Source: Pristiophorus japonicus (taxonomy: Eukaryota). From it: a DNA stretch of 60,886 nucleotides. Within the stretch, counting starts at the first letter, position 1, and every line of letters starts with the position of its first letter. The position numbers were made by a program, and so were the translations under genes. Under the pieces are notes generated by a model. It searched no databases and was not told the origin of the DNA. It worked only from the letters and a program-made list of their open reading frames with translations. The stretch lies in assembly GCF_044704955.1 (NCBI RefSeq), contig NC_091999.1, forward strand, positions 23,002,001 through 23,062,886, in the 5' to 3' direction. This document shows, piece by piece, positions 1 through 14,132 of this stretch.

Positions 1-690
1 CAGGGAGGCAATAACTATCCTGCAGTCACGTCTGCAGCCTCCAAACGTCCTTATTACTAGGGGGATCAAGGGGTATGGCGAGAAAGCAGGAATGGGGTAC
101 TGAAGTTGCATGTTCAGCCATGAACTCATTGAATGGCGGTGCAGGCTAGAAGGGCCAAATGGTCTAGTCCTGCACCTATTTTCTATGTTTCTATGTATGT
201 CTATTCCCCATGTATCAAATGACCTACCACTATTGCTCTTCCACTCTTCTTCCTTCCCTTCTGTACAGCTGAGCCACCCATGGTTCCATGGACTTGGCAC
301 TGGCTTCACTCCCCAGAGCAACCATCATGCTCCTCATTAACCAGAACTGAAAAGCGGTTAATGAGTCAGGCGATTCCTGTCCTACATGCCAGTTCCTCCT
401 TGTCTGTCTGACGATCTTCCATTCCCTCTATGCCTGCACACTTTTAAGCTGCTGGGTGACTACCTCCTGAAATACGTTATCCTCGAAGCTCTCAGCCCCG
501 CGGATAGACTGCATTGACGCTAGCAACTGCTCAAGCTCCGAAACCTGGTGTTCAAAATGCACCCCTATTATAAGGAATCTATATGGGTAGAGCTGCAGAA
601 CACCAAAGGACAATACACGTTAGTGGGAGTTGTGTAGCGACATCCAGACAGTAGTAGTGATGTTGGGGAGGGCATCAAACAGGCCATTAG
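1..690. mobile_element. CR1 LINE fragments (3' tail on + at ~45-200 inside a minus-strand ORF1 remnant; endonuclease fragment ~572-690)
   Basis: The tail matches the 3' ends of the CR1 copies at 33.8 kb and 57.3 kb (..cacctattttctatgtttctatg). The flanks resemble the reverse complement of CR1 ORF1. Confidence 0.75.
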
Positions 691-740
691 GGAGCTGGCG
701 ACACTTCCCGCAACGTGGTCATCCAGATGTTCCCACATGG

Positions 741-1060
741 CCCAGTATGTGTATTCCATGGGACTGTGCTGCCTGACCAGGATGTACATTCCATGGGACG
801 GTGCTGCCTGCCCAGGATGTACATTCCATGGGACTGAGCTGCCTGCCCAGGATGTACATTCCATGGGACTGAGCTGCCTGCCCAGGATGTGCATTCCATG
901 GGACTGAGCTGCCTGCCCAGGATGTGCATTCCGTGGGATTGAGCTTCCCTGCCCAGGATGTACATTCCATGGGACTGAGCTGCCTGCCCAGGATGTGCAT
1001 TCCATGGGACTGAGCTGCCTGCCCAGGATGTGCATTCCAACCGACTGTGCTGCCTGCCCA
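741..1060. repeat. 35-bp minisatellite, about 9 copies
   Basis: Unit CCCAGGATGT(A/G)CATTCCATGGGACTGAGCTGCCTG with a period of 35 (e.g. 811, 846). Confidence 0.95.
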
Positions 1061-1789
1061 AGATATAAATTCTCTGCAGACAGTTCTAGTTTCTCTGGAA
1101 CATTCTTTACTCTCTTGCTTATCCTAAGCTGTATAATTAGTCCACTCCACTGTTCTGCCTCATAACCCTGTAAATCTTTGCAACTCAAATATTTATCTCT
1201 TTTGCACGTAAAGGGTGAATCTGCCTCCACCACCCTTACAGGCAGTGCGTTCCAGGCCATAACATTTCGCTACTGAATGTTTTTCGCTCTTGTGGCATCT
1301 GGTTCATTTGCCAATCATGTTAAATCGGTGTCCTATGGCTACCGAGCCGTCTGACACTGAAAATGTTTTCCTTCATTAAGAGGGTTGGTGGGCTGGAGGA
1401 GGTTACAGAGATAGGGAGTGGCGAGGTGTTGGCGGGATTTGAACAAGAGGAGGAGAATTTTAAAGGCTGAAGCTACCCGCCGTCTCCCCCAGTGCAGAAT
1501 GTGGTTCTCTATTAACAGGAAGGATTTTTGTTTCACAACTAAAGATGCATAATGAGGGGAAATCAATCTGTGTACCTTTAACTAACAGCGAAATGGAAAG
1601 AGAGAAATGGATGGCCTTTAAACACCTGGTTATCGACCCACGAAACTGTAAATTATTTCTCATTATATAACCATAGAAATTTACAGCACGGAAGGAGGCC
1701 ATTTAGGCCCATCGTGTTTGCGCAGACTGATAGAGAGCTATCCAGCCTAATCCCACTTTCCAGCTCTGAGTCCGTAGCCTTGTAGCTTA

Positions 1790-2110
1790 CAGAGGCGTGA
1801 GTTCGGTGCCATTGGGCAGCGCGGGCCAGACCACACAGTGATATGTGTGCACACTTGGTCCGTGCAACAGAGCACATCTAGGATAACCCTTGCCACTGGA
1901 ATAAGACCTAGCTCTGTCAAGCCCGTGTGGCGGCTGGTGTGTAACGGCCACCACACGTTAAAAAAATCCATGCACAAGCATCTTCCACCCGTCAGGATGT
2001 AGTTTGGAACCTGGAATATTAGGTCCTTCATTGAAACATCTGTGAACTCATCCTTCTTTTTGGCGTGGAAGCAAGTCATCCTCGTTTCGACGCACTGCCA
2101 ATGATGATAC
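1790..2110 (+). mobile_element. SINE-like element with RTE-type 3' tail
   Basis: It ends in gtggaagcaagtcatcctcg...atgatgat, the same terminus as the RTE fragment at 24.4 kb (there on the opposite strand). Confidence 0.55.
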
Positions 2111-2119
2111 TTTGTAGCG

Positions 2120-2695
2120 GGTGAGTATGCAATGTGTTGTGTGAGTACAGATTAACATTTGTCCGTATATGTTGTTTTGTGTGGGTACACTTTGTATTGT
2201 GAGAAGTCACGATATATTGTGTGAGTAGAACTTGTGTTACATGAGTACAGCTTGTGTTGCGTGACTACATCTTGTATTGTGGGAGTACACCATGTATTTA
2301 TAAGTAAAGCTTTTATTGTGTGAGCACACCTTGTATTGTGTGCGTACTGACTTTGTTGTATGAATACAGCTTATATAGTGTGAGTATTGATATTATGACG
2401 TGAGTTCACATTTTATATCGTGTGAGTATAACTTTTATGGTGTGAGCACACGTTTTATCGTGTAAGTACATCTTGTATTGTGAAAGTAAAGCTTTTGTTG
2501 TATGTGTACTCCTTGTATTGTATGAGCACCCCTTTTACTGTATGTGTACACCTTTTATTATGTGAGTACACCTTGGGGTTGTGTGCGTAAACCTTGTAAT
2601 GTGTATGTACACCTTGTATTGTGTGAGAATAGATTGTATTGCGTAATTTCAGCTTGTATTGTACAAGTACACCATGTATTATGTGAGTAAACCTT
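2120..2695. repeat. Degenerate ~20-bp minisatellite (TGTATTGTGTGAGTACACCT), left part
   Basis: Tandem imperfect 20-mers. Confidence 0.9.
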
Positions 2696-2699
2696 GCTC

Positions 2700-5600
2700 T
2701 CTGATCGGGAGGAGCATCAGTTGGAGGAGCTAGAGGGAGTGGGAGGATCGAGGCGGATAAAAGTTCTGCGGCAGATCGTCAGGAAGAGCAGTCGTAGGAA
2801 CAGCTGGTGTAGCGTCAAAAATCAAAAAGCAAAATAGAAGTAAAAAGAAATCGAAGGGTAATGTCACAGCCAAGCGGGTAAGTTTTTGGCTGGTTGATTG
2901 TTAAGCATTTTTTCTTTATCTTTTTCTTTTCTTATCAGTAGGAAACCTTTGGCATTGTTGCCAAATTATGTTAATCTAAAGGTTAAGTCGTGGCAGGAGA
3001 GCCCTGAGCCGTGTCCTGCTCCTCCTGTGGTATGTGGGATGTCAGGGACACTGGCTACTATGTGTGCGTGAAGTGTGTCGAGCTACAGCTCCTGTCAGGT
3101 CGCATTGAGGCACTGGAGCTGCGCATGGATTCACTCTGGAGCATCCGCGATGCTGAGGATGTCTTGGATAGCATGTTTGGTGAGTTGGTCACACAGCAGG
3201 TAAAGGTGACACAGACAGATAGGGAATGGGTGACCATCAGGAAGAGCAGGGGAAGGAAGGTAGGGCAGATATACAGTTTTGGATACTGTTGAGGATGGTG
3301 GCTCATCAGGGAAATGGAGCAGCAGCCAAGTTCATGGCAGCAGGGGTAACTGTGCTGCGCAGGTGGACTGCAAAAAGAGTGGAAGGTATATAGTGAGAGG
3401 AGATTCTATTATAAGTGGAAGAGATAGGCGTTTCTGCGGCCGCAAACGAGACTCCAGAGTGGTATGTTGCCTCCCTTGTGCAAGGGTCAAGGGTGTCTTG
3501 GAGCGGGTGCAGGGCATTGTGGAGGGGGAGGGTGAACAGCCAACTATCGTGGTGCATATAGGTACCAACAATATAGGTAAAAAACTGGATGACATTCTAC
3601 AAGCTGAATTTAGGGAGCTAGGAGTTAAATTTAAAAGTCGGGCCTCAAAGGTAGAATCTCAGGTTTGCAATAAGTGCCACGTGCTATTCAGAGTTGGAAC
3701 AGCAGGATAGTTCAAATGAATACGTGGCTTGAGGACTGGGGCAAGGGGGAGGTATTCAAATTCCTGGGACATTGGAACCGGTTCTGTGGGAGATGGGACC
3801 AGTACAAACCGGATGGTCTGCACCTGGGCAGGACCGGGACCGAGGTCCTAGGTGGTGTGTTTGCTAGTGCTGTTGGCGAGTGTTTAACCGAATATGGCAG
3901 GGGGATGGGGATCTATGTAGGGAGGAAGAGGGAAGTAAAAAGGCGGCAGAAGCAAAAGATAGGAAGGAGAAAAGTAAGAGTGAAGGGCAGAGGAATCAAA
4001 AAGCGGCATATTAAAATATAATTCGAAAGGACAAAGAGTTTTAAAAAAACAAGCCTGAAGGCTTTGAGTCTCAATGCGAGGAGCATTCATAATAAGGTGG
4101 ATGAATTAACAGCGCAGATAGCTTTTAACGGATATAATGTAATTGGGAATTTCGGAGACATGGCTCCAGGGTAACCAGGGCTGGGAACACAACATCCATT
4201 GGTATTCAATATTCAGGAAGGATAGACAGAAAGGAAAAGCAGGTGGGGTAGCGTTACTGATTAAAGAGGAGATTAACACAATAGTAAGGCAGGACATTAC
4301 CTTGACTGATGTGGAATCTATATGGATAGAGCTGCGAAACACCAAAGGTCAGAAAATATTTTCGGGAATTATGTACAGACCACCAAACAGTAGTAGTGAG
4401 AGTGGGGATGGGAAGAAACAGGAAATTAGGGATGCGTCCAATACAGGTACAGCAGTTATCATTGATGACTTAAATCTACATCTGGACTGGGTAACCAAAC
4501 TGGTAGCAGTACTGTGGAGGAGGATTTCCTGGAGTGTATTTGGGATGGTTTTCGATACCAATATGTCGATGAATCAACTAAAGAGCAGTCCATCCTAGAC
4601 TGGGTCTTGTGTAATGAGGAAGGATTAATTAGCAATCTTGTCATGCGAGGGGAAGAGTGACCATAATATGGTATAATTCTTCATTAAGAAGGATAATGTC
4701 ACAGTTAATCCAGAGTCTAGGGTCCTGAACTTAAAGAAAGGTGACTTCGATGGTATGAGACATGAATTGGCTAGGATAGAGTGGCGAATTATACTTAAAG
4801 GGTTGCTGGTAGATAGGCAATGGCAGACATTTAAAGATCACATGGATGAACTACAACAATTGTACATCCCTGTCTGGCATTAGAATAAAACGGGGACGGC
4901 GGCTCAGCCGTGGTTAACACGGGGAATTGTGGATATTGTTAAATCCAAGGAAGAGGCATATAAATTGGCCAGAAAAAGTAGCAAACCTGAGGACTGGAAT
5001 AAATTTAGAATTCAGTAGAGAAAGACAAAGGGTTTAATTTTGAGGGGTAGTGGGATACCGCAAGTTTCAGTGCTGGGACCCCAACTATTTACAATATATA
5101 TTAATGATTTAGACGAAGGAATTGAATGTAATATCTCCAACTTTGCAGATAACACTAAGCTGGGTGGCAGTGTGAGCTGTGAGGAGGATACTAAGAGGCT
5201 GCAGGTTGAATTCGCCGGATAAGTGAGTGGAAAAATGCATGGCAGATTGCGTAAAATATGGAGAAGTGTGAGCTTATCCACTTTGGTGGCAAACATAGGA
5301 AGGCAAATTATTATCTGAATGGTGAAATATTAGTAAAAGGGGAGGTGCAACGAAACCTGGGCATCATGGTACATCAGTCATTAAAATAGGCAGGCATGTA
5401 CAGCAGACAGTAAAGAAAACAAATGGCATGTTGGCCTTCATAGCATGAGGATTTGAGTATGGGAGCAGGACGGTCTTGCTGCAGTTGTACAGGGCCTTGG
5501 TGAGACCACACCCTGAGTATTGTGTGCAGTTTTGTCTCCTAATCTGAGGAAGGACTTTCTTGCTTTTGCGGGTGTGAAGCGAAGGTTAACCGGACTGATT

Positions 5601-6075
5601 CCCGGGATGGCAGGACTGACATATGAAGAAAGGTTGGATCAATTGGCTTATATTCACTGGAATTTAGGAGAATGAGAGGGAATGTCATCGAAGTATATAA
5701 AATTCTGACGAGATTGGTCAGGTCGGATGCACGAGCATTGTTCCCGATGTTGGGAAGTCCAGAACCAGGTGTCACAGTCTAATGAAAAGGCGTAAGCCAT
5801 ATAGGACCGTGATGAGGAGAAGCTTTTTCACCCAGAATATCGTGAACCTATGGAGTTCTCTACCACAGAAAGCTTTTGAGTCCAGTTCATTGGATATATT
5901 CAAAAGGGAGTTAGATTTGGCCATTACGGCTAAAGGGATCAGGGGGTATGGAGAGAAGGCAGCAATGGGGTACTGAAATTGCATTATCAGCCCTGATCAT
6001 ATTGAATGGTGGTGCAGTCTCGAAGTTCCGAATGGGCTGCTCCTGCACCTATTTTCTCTGGTTTCTATGTTTCTA
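2700..6075 (+). mobile_element. Near full-length CR1 LINE with ORF1 (zinc finger plus SGNH esterase-like) and internally deleted ORF2
   Basis: ORF1 motifs CSSCGMW..CVKC, GDSI, VHIGTNN, DGLHL; endonuclease GISETWL; an abrupt jump at ~5043 to GIPQVSVLGP and FADNTK; 3' tail tttctatgtttcta. Confidence 0.93.
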
Positions 6076-7085
6076 CACATTGTATTGTGTGTGCACACCT
6101 TGTATATTGCGAGGACAATCAGAGTTGCATGAGTACATCTTGTATTGTGTACGTACACGTTGTACTGTGTGAGTAAACCTTGTATTTCGTGAGTACATTT
6201 TGTATTTTGTGAGCACTTTGCACTTTGTGAGTACACCTCGCATTTTGTGCGTATGCCTTGTATCATGTGAGTAAACCTTGTATCGTGTGAATACATCTTG
6301 TATTGTGTGATTACACCTTGTATTGTGTGATTACACCTTGTATTGTGAATACACCTTGAATTGTGTGATTACATCTTGTATTGTGAATAGACCTTGTATT
6401 GTGTGATTACACCTTGCATTGTGTGATTACAACTTGTAATGTGATTACCCTTGTATTGTTAGTGTACAGCTTGTATTGTGTGATTACACTTTGCATTATG
6501 TGAATACACCTTGTATTGTGTGAGTACATCCCGTAATCTGCCAGTTCACGTTTTATTGTGTGAGAATAAATTGGAATATTTGAGTACACATTGTATTGTG
6601 TGAGTACACATTTTATTGAACGAGTACATCTTGTATTGTGCGAGTGCATCTTGTATTGTATGAGTACACCTTGTATTGTGTGAGTACATCTTGTATTGTG
6701 TGAATATATATTGTATTGTGGCAGTACACTTTAAAGCAGGTGAGTACACATTGTATTGTATAAGTAGACATTGTATTGTGTTAGCACATCTTCTATTGTG
6801 CGAGTACATCTTGTATTGTGTGAATATATTATCTATTGTGTGAGTACAGCTTCTATTGTGTGAGTACATCATGTATTGTGTGAGAATCCATTGTAATGTG
6901 TGACTGCAACTTGCATTGTCAGTTTATGCATCTTGTGTTGTGTGAGTACACCATGTATTTTGTGAGGATACATTGTATTGTGTGATTTCACCTTGTATTG
7001 TGTGAGTAGTGCTTATATTGTGTGAGTACACCTTGTATTGTCTACCGACACATTATTTTGTATTAGTACACCTTGTATTGTGTGA
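6076..7085. repeat. Degenerate ~20-bp minisatellite, right part
   Basis: The same unit as 2120-2695, resuming immediately after the CR1 tail. Confidence 0.92.
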
Positions 7086-7094
7086 CTTCAATAG

Positions 7095-9023
7095 AAATAC
7101 AAATTGGGATGCTGGAGTTTTGCCAGCGCTCAGAGGACGGGATCGGTGGAGAGTCAGCTATCAAAATAAAAACATTGACAGTGGGTTGGGACCGAGCACC
7201 ATGCTACTTTCCCAGATGTCCGGTCTGTAAACTCTCAGCAGACCCGCCACGCTGCAGCAGGCGAGGCAATTTAGGTCATTGTGACCTTGTTAAGAGTTTA
7301 TTAAAAATAATGTTGAGCTGAACTTCCCATTTTGCCAGGTTTTCAATGAGATTCACACGGCTCGGGAAGCAGGACATCGGGCGATCTGTTACCATGAATT
7401 CATTTCTTTACCTGTTAGCTACAAATATGTTGTAATACTCCCATCTCACAGCTGTTTGTATTTCAAGATTAAAACGTCTTGCTTACTGGGTTTGGGAGGC
7501 ACATTGAACTTTGTGGACGTTGCACGTCCTTGGAACAATCTCTCATTGGAAGTTTCACCTCATTGGAACAATCTCTCACCATTGATAGATCACTTCTGTC
7601 CTCTCAAGGTCACTTGCCATCTATTACATTAGCCTTTGGAAATTTAAGCTTTCTCACCCTCCTCCTCTGAATCCCATCACGATTAGCGCCAGCACCATAA
7701 TCACAATTAACACTAGCAGCACCAACAACAACATCCTTCTCCGCAATCAACTGATGCTGCACAGGAGAGAGGGCATCAGAACTCGGACATATTGCTGACC
7801 AGGACGGGAGGTATGGCCTGACCATGATTAACTTCAGCAGACGCTATACATCCTGCCTGTCACATAATGCGCCATTTTGGCACCACTCCAAAAGAACATC
7901 ATACAGCGTCGTTACAGTGCCCAAGCCACAGCTTTCACACACGTTGCCATTGCGGGGGGTATCGTTATGTTTCAACATTCACACAGCTCATAGCATCACA
8001 TCTGAAGATGCGCATAAATCTGTCCAAGAACACAAAGTGATGAAATTAAAGGTGTCAATGTTTGACAGCACATTAACAGAAACCTTGAATGATCATTGGC
8101 TAAACCACACATGCCTACCCTTGTGTGTTGTTAGTTGGTATAATTGCAACAGGATGAGGGTGAGAATGGGGCGTGGCTAGCGAGATGGAGAAGTTATAAT
8201 GTAGATAGAGAGGGATAGGTGGATGTGCAAGGAAAGTTGATGTGCGTAAGAATGTGCAGGAAGTGATGGGGCTGTGGTGATTGGCACAGCAGGATAAGGA
8301 TGAGAATGGCTTTGCAATAAAGTGTGTGATCCACTTAGATCATGGAAAGATTTGCACCACTGCAGTCTGGTCCTGCTGACGATATCACTGCCTTTGATTC
8401 CACTGCAATGTGCAACCGTGTTGATTTGGTTTCCTGGGGAGGTCGCCCCTGCCCATGGTAAGTAACGAAAACGTCTCTCTGTGCTGCATAGGAGAGCCTG
8501 GGTGAAGCCGTGCACCTTTCTGCAGTGCGTGTCACTGTTTGTAGCAATTCAATGCTGTGGAACACTCAGAGCACAACTATTAAATTCAATTTCGAAAAGG
8601 ACCCTTTCAGGAAACCGTCTGATGACGCGTCGCCAAATGACGTCATCAGGCCCCCTTCTTTCAAACCGCCCGAGCAATGCTCTGGGCGGGCTTAACAAGC
8701 TTAATCAATGGATAATCTTATCTACATAACTGGCTGGAGCCAGCAGCGAGATCGGAACCTGCACGGAGCCACTGAGGTAGGCGAAAATGCGGCCATAAAA
8801 CGAGCTGCAGGTTCATTATCAGCCGCTTTACACTACCTCTTGAACTGAAGATGTGCCTGCTTGAAATGATTAATGGTGAAATTGGTTTTGCATGGTAGAG
8901 GGAATCACTAAACAGTTTTACAATTCTCCCGGTTATCTGCCCATTGACATCGAAGGAGAAGAAATTACGATTGAGCATATAACAGGTGGCCTATTCGCTA
9001 CAGCCCGTCACTAATTTCACCCC
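7095..9023 (-). mobile_element. Probable PIF/Harbinger-type DNA transposon remnant with Myb/SANT-like ORF fragment (~8330-8520)
   Basis: The minus-strand translation ..SPRLS..RDVF..GRPPQETKSTRLHIA../..VSRTRLQWCKSFHDL resembles Harbinger Myb/SANT (trihelix) domains. The boundaries are approximate. Confidence 0.5.
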
Positions 9024-12000
9024 AGTGTTCCTTCTGATTTTTATATTCCCGTGTTGCTCAGGACGGAGGCAATTTACAATATCCAGGTGTATATATCGTC
9101 CGGTATACGCAGTGCCTGACATTCAGTGTCTAACACCTGAGATGAATTCTTCGGCCCTGACTTGCAATATTGAGGGAGGATTGCAATTTTCAGCTATTAC
9201 CTAAAACTGGCATCGCTGATCCCTTGTCCTTATGGAAGCTGGTCGATTTTCATTTCCAGCTCCAACACCAAACTGCTCAGTTGGGATCGACCTTTTGGGT
9301 TCCACGTTCTACATATCTCAATCAATGCAAGCAGTCTGTTTCTCGCAACCTTGTCCTATCTTTTCATAATTTGAAACATTTCTATCACATCGTCCCATAA
9401 TTAGGGTTCTAATCAATACAAAAACAATTTTGGAAGATTTATCGATATTTGTATACCATCATGCGAATCAGCATCGCGTGATTTTCTCTCTCTATTGCCT
9501 CACTATCCTTCCTATACTGCAATACTTTATACCGTATTCTTAACTAAATCTCGTTAACCATGCTTTCCGTATACTAACTCCAACCATCCGTTTCATCCAT
9601 CATGCCCTGTGCTTGCTGACCTACACGAGTTCCTGGTCGAACAACGCTTTTATTTGAACGTTCTCACCGTTGGTCAAATCCTTCCATTGCACCACATCTC
9701 CAGACCTTTATAACCTCCTTCAGCCCTACCATCTTTGATCATGAATGCATTCCTACAATTATGTCCTATCCACCATCCCCAATGTTCTTCATTCCACCAT
9801 TGGTGGCCATGCCTTCAGCTCCCTAGTCGTTAAGCTCTGGAATTCTCTCTCGAACCGTGCTATTTCTCTCTCGTCATGAAAGACGCTCCTTAAACCAATC
9901 TCTCTGATCAAGCATTTGGTTATCGTTCCGAATATTTGGATCAGTATGATACTCCTGTGAAGCGTCTTGGGACGCTTTACTACGTTAAATTCGCAATATA
10001 AATGCAATTTCTTGTATTATATAGTTTCATTATTATCTCTTGGCTTTTATTTTCTATTCCACGAGAGATAAAATCTCGGGGTTTATCCCCATTTAATTAG
10101 TTGCTTCTATTATTGGGGATTGCAATCTCCAATATTTTCGTTGTCGTACAGTGTGCATGAAAAGACAACATGGAAAAGTTGCACATGAATAACAGGTGGG
10201 TCCCCGGCTGTAAGGAGCATTCGACATGTAAGGGTTGATGTGTAGGTCATTGGTGAGGAATTTATCATTTCTGGTGAAGGGCCTGCAACCGAAGCCAGAT
10301 TCCTTCTGTGTTCTTTACAAATGCTGATTGAGTTTTTGTGCATTTCCATCTGAGTGGTTTATTTTCAGAGCTGCAACATTTGCAGTTTCATTTCAGAGGG
10401 TTTTGGTTCATTTTTGTTACCCACTTTTTATTGTTATTTCTCCAAATTCCGCTAAATTTGGCCTTTTAATTGGATCTTTCGTCGGCTTCGAGTGGGTTTC
10501 CTAGCAGAAATGATTGCGTTGCTGATAATGAAAGACTGAATATAAACTGAAAACAGACAACATTTTGTAAACCAATGTAGATATCAGACGAGAACGATCA
10601 CATGTATCGGATAGAATTTTTAAAAAGTGAGGTTGTTAAATCAATTATTCAATCAATGATTACATTTATCGAGTAAGTTAACTTAAGTGATTATGTTTAA
10701 TTTATACAATAATTATTAATTGAGAGAGTCAGTATCACTATCAAATAAGGTGAATAGTTTATTTACTGGATAGAACGTTGTTAAGGTATGGCTGCTTACT
10801 GTTAATGGGTAATTTCGCGATGCTCGATTCTGAGACACTCCTGATGGCCAGAAGTGGATGAGCAAGGAAGATGGCAGGGAAGACATGCGGCTTGCGCGTT
10901 CAGCATAAAACCGGGCTAGATAACCGAGGAGTGATGGGTTAGACAGGAAAATCGTTGAGGCTGAGTAGACAGAATTAGAATTTAACATGGATCATAGGAC
11001 CAGTTTTTAAGACATAATAAACGTGGAGGGAGTCGGAGGGGTCGGCATTCATCGGGGAAGCTGGAACAGGTCTTGAAACGATCGTTAGGTTGAGAGTTGG
11101 GCACAGGGCCTAGTCGTAGGCCAGTAGAACAAAACAAGTTTTGGCTAAGATTTATTTAAAAAGTGTACATTAGTAGCCATGCGTAATTAAATAAACTATG
11201 AATAAGTTTGATGTTTTTGTCTTGTAAATATTATATTTAGTTGCAAAGAGAAGCTATAATATTTTAGTGATAGATGAACATTTGATATAAAACAATAAGC
11301 TGCATGAAATTTCCATCTAAAATATGCTCGCAACTAATTGAGTGTGACACAAAACTCTGAGAAAAAATTCAGATAGAAAGAGTGATGAACAGGAATTTCA
11401 CGTGGAATGTAGCGTCCGGATATTGGGAGATCTCAACCCAGGAGCAGCATCGGGACACCCGTTTGGTGACCCGAATTGCCGGCCTGGCGTAAATGAGGCC
11501 GTTGCTACAAAATCACAGGGACAGCACTGATCTTCGACTTCAACTCGACCTTCCCGTACTATCACCATATCCCTTGATACCTCCAATATGCAAAAATCTA
11601 TCGATTGCAATCTTGAATAATAATATGCTAAAAATATTTTTGCTTGCTCTTGGTGACTAAAGGAAAGTGACTTCCCATTTTTACGTTTTGGCAAATGTTT
11701 GTGCGGATTTATTTCATTACATTAATAGAAACTACTAACTGTAATCATTGCTATTTACTTACACAATTCCGGCATAAAGGGCGTTTTCGCGCTTTAGTTT
11801 GGTGTTACACAGCTGCTCACTTTACACTATAAAAAATCGCCAAATCTTCAACCAACTATTTTCCTCAAATTCAGTAACGGTTTCTATTTAACTAGGAATA
11901 ATAATACTGAATCAGTATTGTAGGACTGGGGTGAATTCCTACTTTTGCTGCCAGGCAAAAAAATGTGTCGCAGGCAATCCCAGCCCCTTTTGCACACCAA

Positions 12001-12347
12001 TCTATTTTCATCGACTTTGCCCATTATAATGATCGCTGTTTGTGTTAAACATTGAAGTAAATCGAAATGAAACGCCGCCGATGCTGCACTCTTAATAAAG
12101 TATAAGGATCCATCATCTCTTTTACAGAGCATTCGCGCACACATTCCCCTTCCCATTTCTCTATCTACATAGATATATCGAAAATCTATAACCACATGTA
12201 TTCTCGAACTTGTTTTCTTTATTAATATTGACAGAATATACAAGTATGTCATACTTCTACACTTACTAGTAGGATACCCACCGGTTTATACGAACTATGG
12301 ATCAACCCAGGATAATTCTCAGCACGGAGTGCAAAAGGATAACTGAT

Positions 12348-14132
12348 GGGGCCAAATTGCCCATTTTTAGAGGCCCGTTAGTGCCTCCAGGGGTGCCAAC
12401 GGGGCAAAGGACAATTTTCGCAAGGGGTGGGGGGCACTCCTGGATCCTGGTAAATTGCACGGGAATTTGGAGAACGCTTCCCGCAAGGCTGGCGCGCGCT
12501 GCAGCCAGAAGTTAAAGGTAATGTCGCCAGAGCCCGGCGACATCATCTTCCTCGTTTTGCCAACTCTCGGGTTCGCTCTACATGTCCCCCTCTGGCATGG
12601 TCAAAGGGTACTGCACAAGATAAAGTTCACTTGGTTGTGACATGTAAAGAGGATTGGCTAACCAGCAGAGAACAGAGTGTCGGGATGAATGGTTCATTCT
12701 CTGTTTGGCAACCAGTAACTAGTGGGGTTCCACAGGTATCAGGCTGGGACCCCAACTATTTACAATCTATATTAATGACTTGAAAGAAAGGACTGAGTGT
12801 AACCTAGCCACGTTTGCTGACGATAAAAAGATGAGAGGAAAACAAATGTGTGAGTGGGATACAAAAAATCTGCAAAAGAACATTGAAAGGCTAAGTGAGT
12901 GGGCAAAAAATTTGGCAGATGGAGTAAAATGTTCGAAAGTGTGAGACAGTTTGGCATAAAAAAATCAAAGAGCAAGTCATTATTTGAATGGCAAAAGATT
13001 GCAAAGTGCCGCAGTACAGCGGGACCTGGGCGTAATTGAACATGAAATACAAAAGGATAGTACGCAGGTACAGCAACTGATAACAGTAAGGCCAATGGTA
13101 TCTTGGGCTTTATTGCAAAGGGGATGGAATATAAAAACAGGGAAGGCTTGCTACAGCTATAAAAAGTTTTGGTGAGGCCTCCCCTGGAACACTGTGTGCA
13201 GATTTGGTTTCCATATATACGCAAGGGTATCATTGCTTTGCAGGCAGTTCAGAGAAGGTTCACTAGTTTGCTTCCGAGAATTCTGGAGTTGATTTATGAG
13301 GAAAGGCTGAGAAGGTTGGCCCTATATTCTATGGAGTTCAACAGAAGGAGAGGTGATCTTATCGAAACGTATAAGATTATGATCGTGTTTGACAAAATGC
13401 ATGGAGAGAGTCTGTTTCCACTGATGGGGGAGACTCGAACTAGGGGGTATGATCTTAGAATAAGGGGCCGCCCATTTAAAACAAAGATGAGGAGGAATTT
13501 ATTCTCTCAGAGGGTTGTAAATCTATGGACTTCGCTGCCTCAGAGAGCTGTGGAAGCTGGGATACTGAATAATTTTAAGTCAGAAATAGACAGTTTCTTA
13601 AACGATAAGGGGATAAGGGGTTATGGGGAGTGGGTGGGGATGTGGAGTTGAGTCCATCATCAGATGAGCCATGAACTTATTGAATGACAAAGCAGGCTCG
13701 AGGGGCCGTATAACCTACTTCTGTTCCTATTTTTTATGTTCTTATGTTCTTATGGTCCGAGCCACCATCGTGGAGCCCGTTATGCTCTTTTGGGTGCCAG
13801 GCTGCAGGACCAGTATCACGCTGTCCTGGTGGTTTAGTGGAGACCACCAGAGGCTTGCAAAGTGCACAGAGGCCTTCACCTTTAGGCGAAGGGTAGGGGC
13901 ATTAAACCGCATCAGCGTTATGTTGAGCATCTGTGTAACACTGCACTACTCACCCTGTTAGCGCTGCTGGTACCGCCACTAAAGTAAGTGGAACGCGCGA
14001 GTTTGCACTCCACTTCATTTGAGCGGCAATAAGCCAAATTCAGCAACCGGGGCGGGACTTCCATACTGGGCGCCGGACGTCCCAACCCCAGCTGGTTACC
14101 ACCCCAATCAGGGTGCAGGGCAATTTCGCTCC
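12348..14132. mobile_element. Non-autonomous DNA transposon (MITE-like) with 15-bp TIRs, interrupted by a CR1
   Basis: GGGGCCAAATTGCCC at 12348 versus the reverse complement of 14118-14132, GGAGCGAAATTGCCC (13/15 match). GC-rich body lies on both sides of the CR1. Confidence 0.6.
12590..13750 (+). mobile_element. 5'-truncated CR1 LINE (RT and C-terminus; TTCTTATG-type tail)
   Basis: FADD motif region, VRPPLEHCVQIW, RRRGDLIETYKI, FSQRVVNLW; tail tatgttcttatgttctt. Confidence 0.92.

Noticed and set aside
741-1060. CRISPR-like regular repeats
   Set aside because: These are head-to-tail units without unique spacers, in eukaryotic DNA with no cas genes. The same applies to the 53-bp array at 41640-41955.
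568-1260. 230-aa ORF and overlapping ORFs with repeated peptides
   Set aside because: They arise from a stop-free 35-bp minisatellite read in three frames; there is no evidence of a gene.
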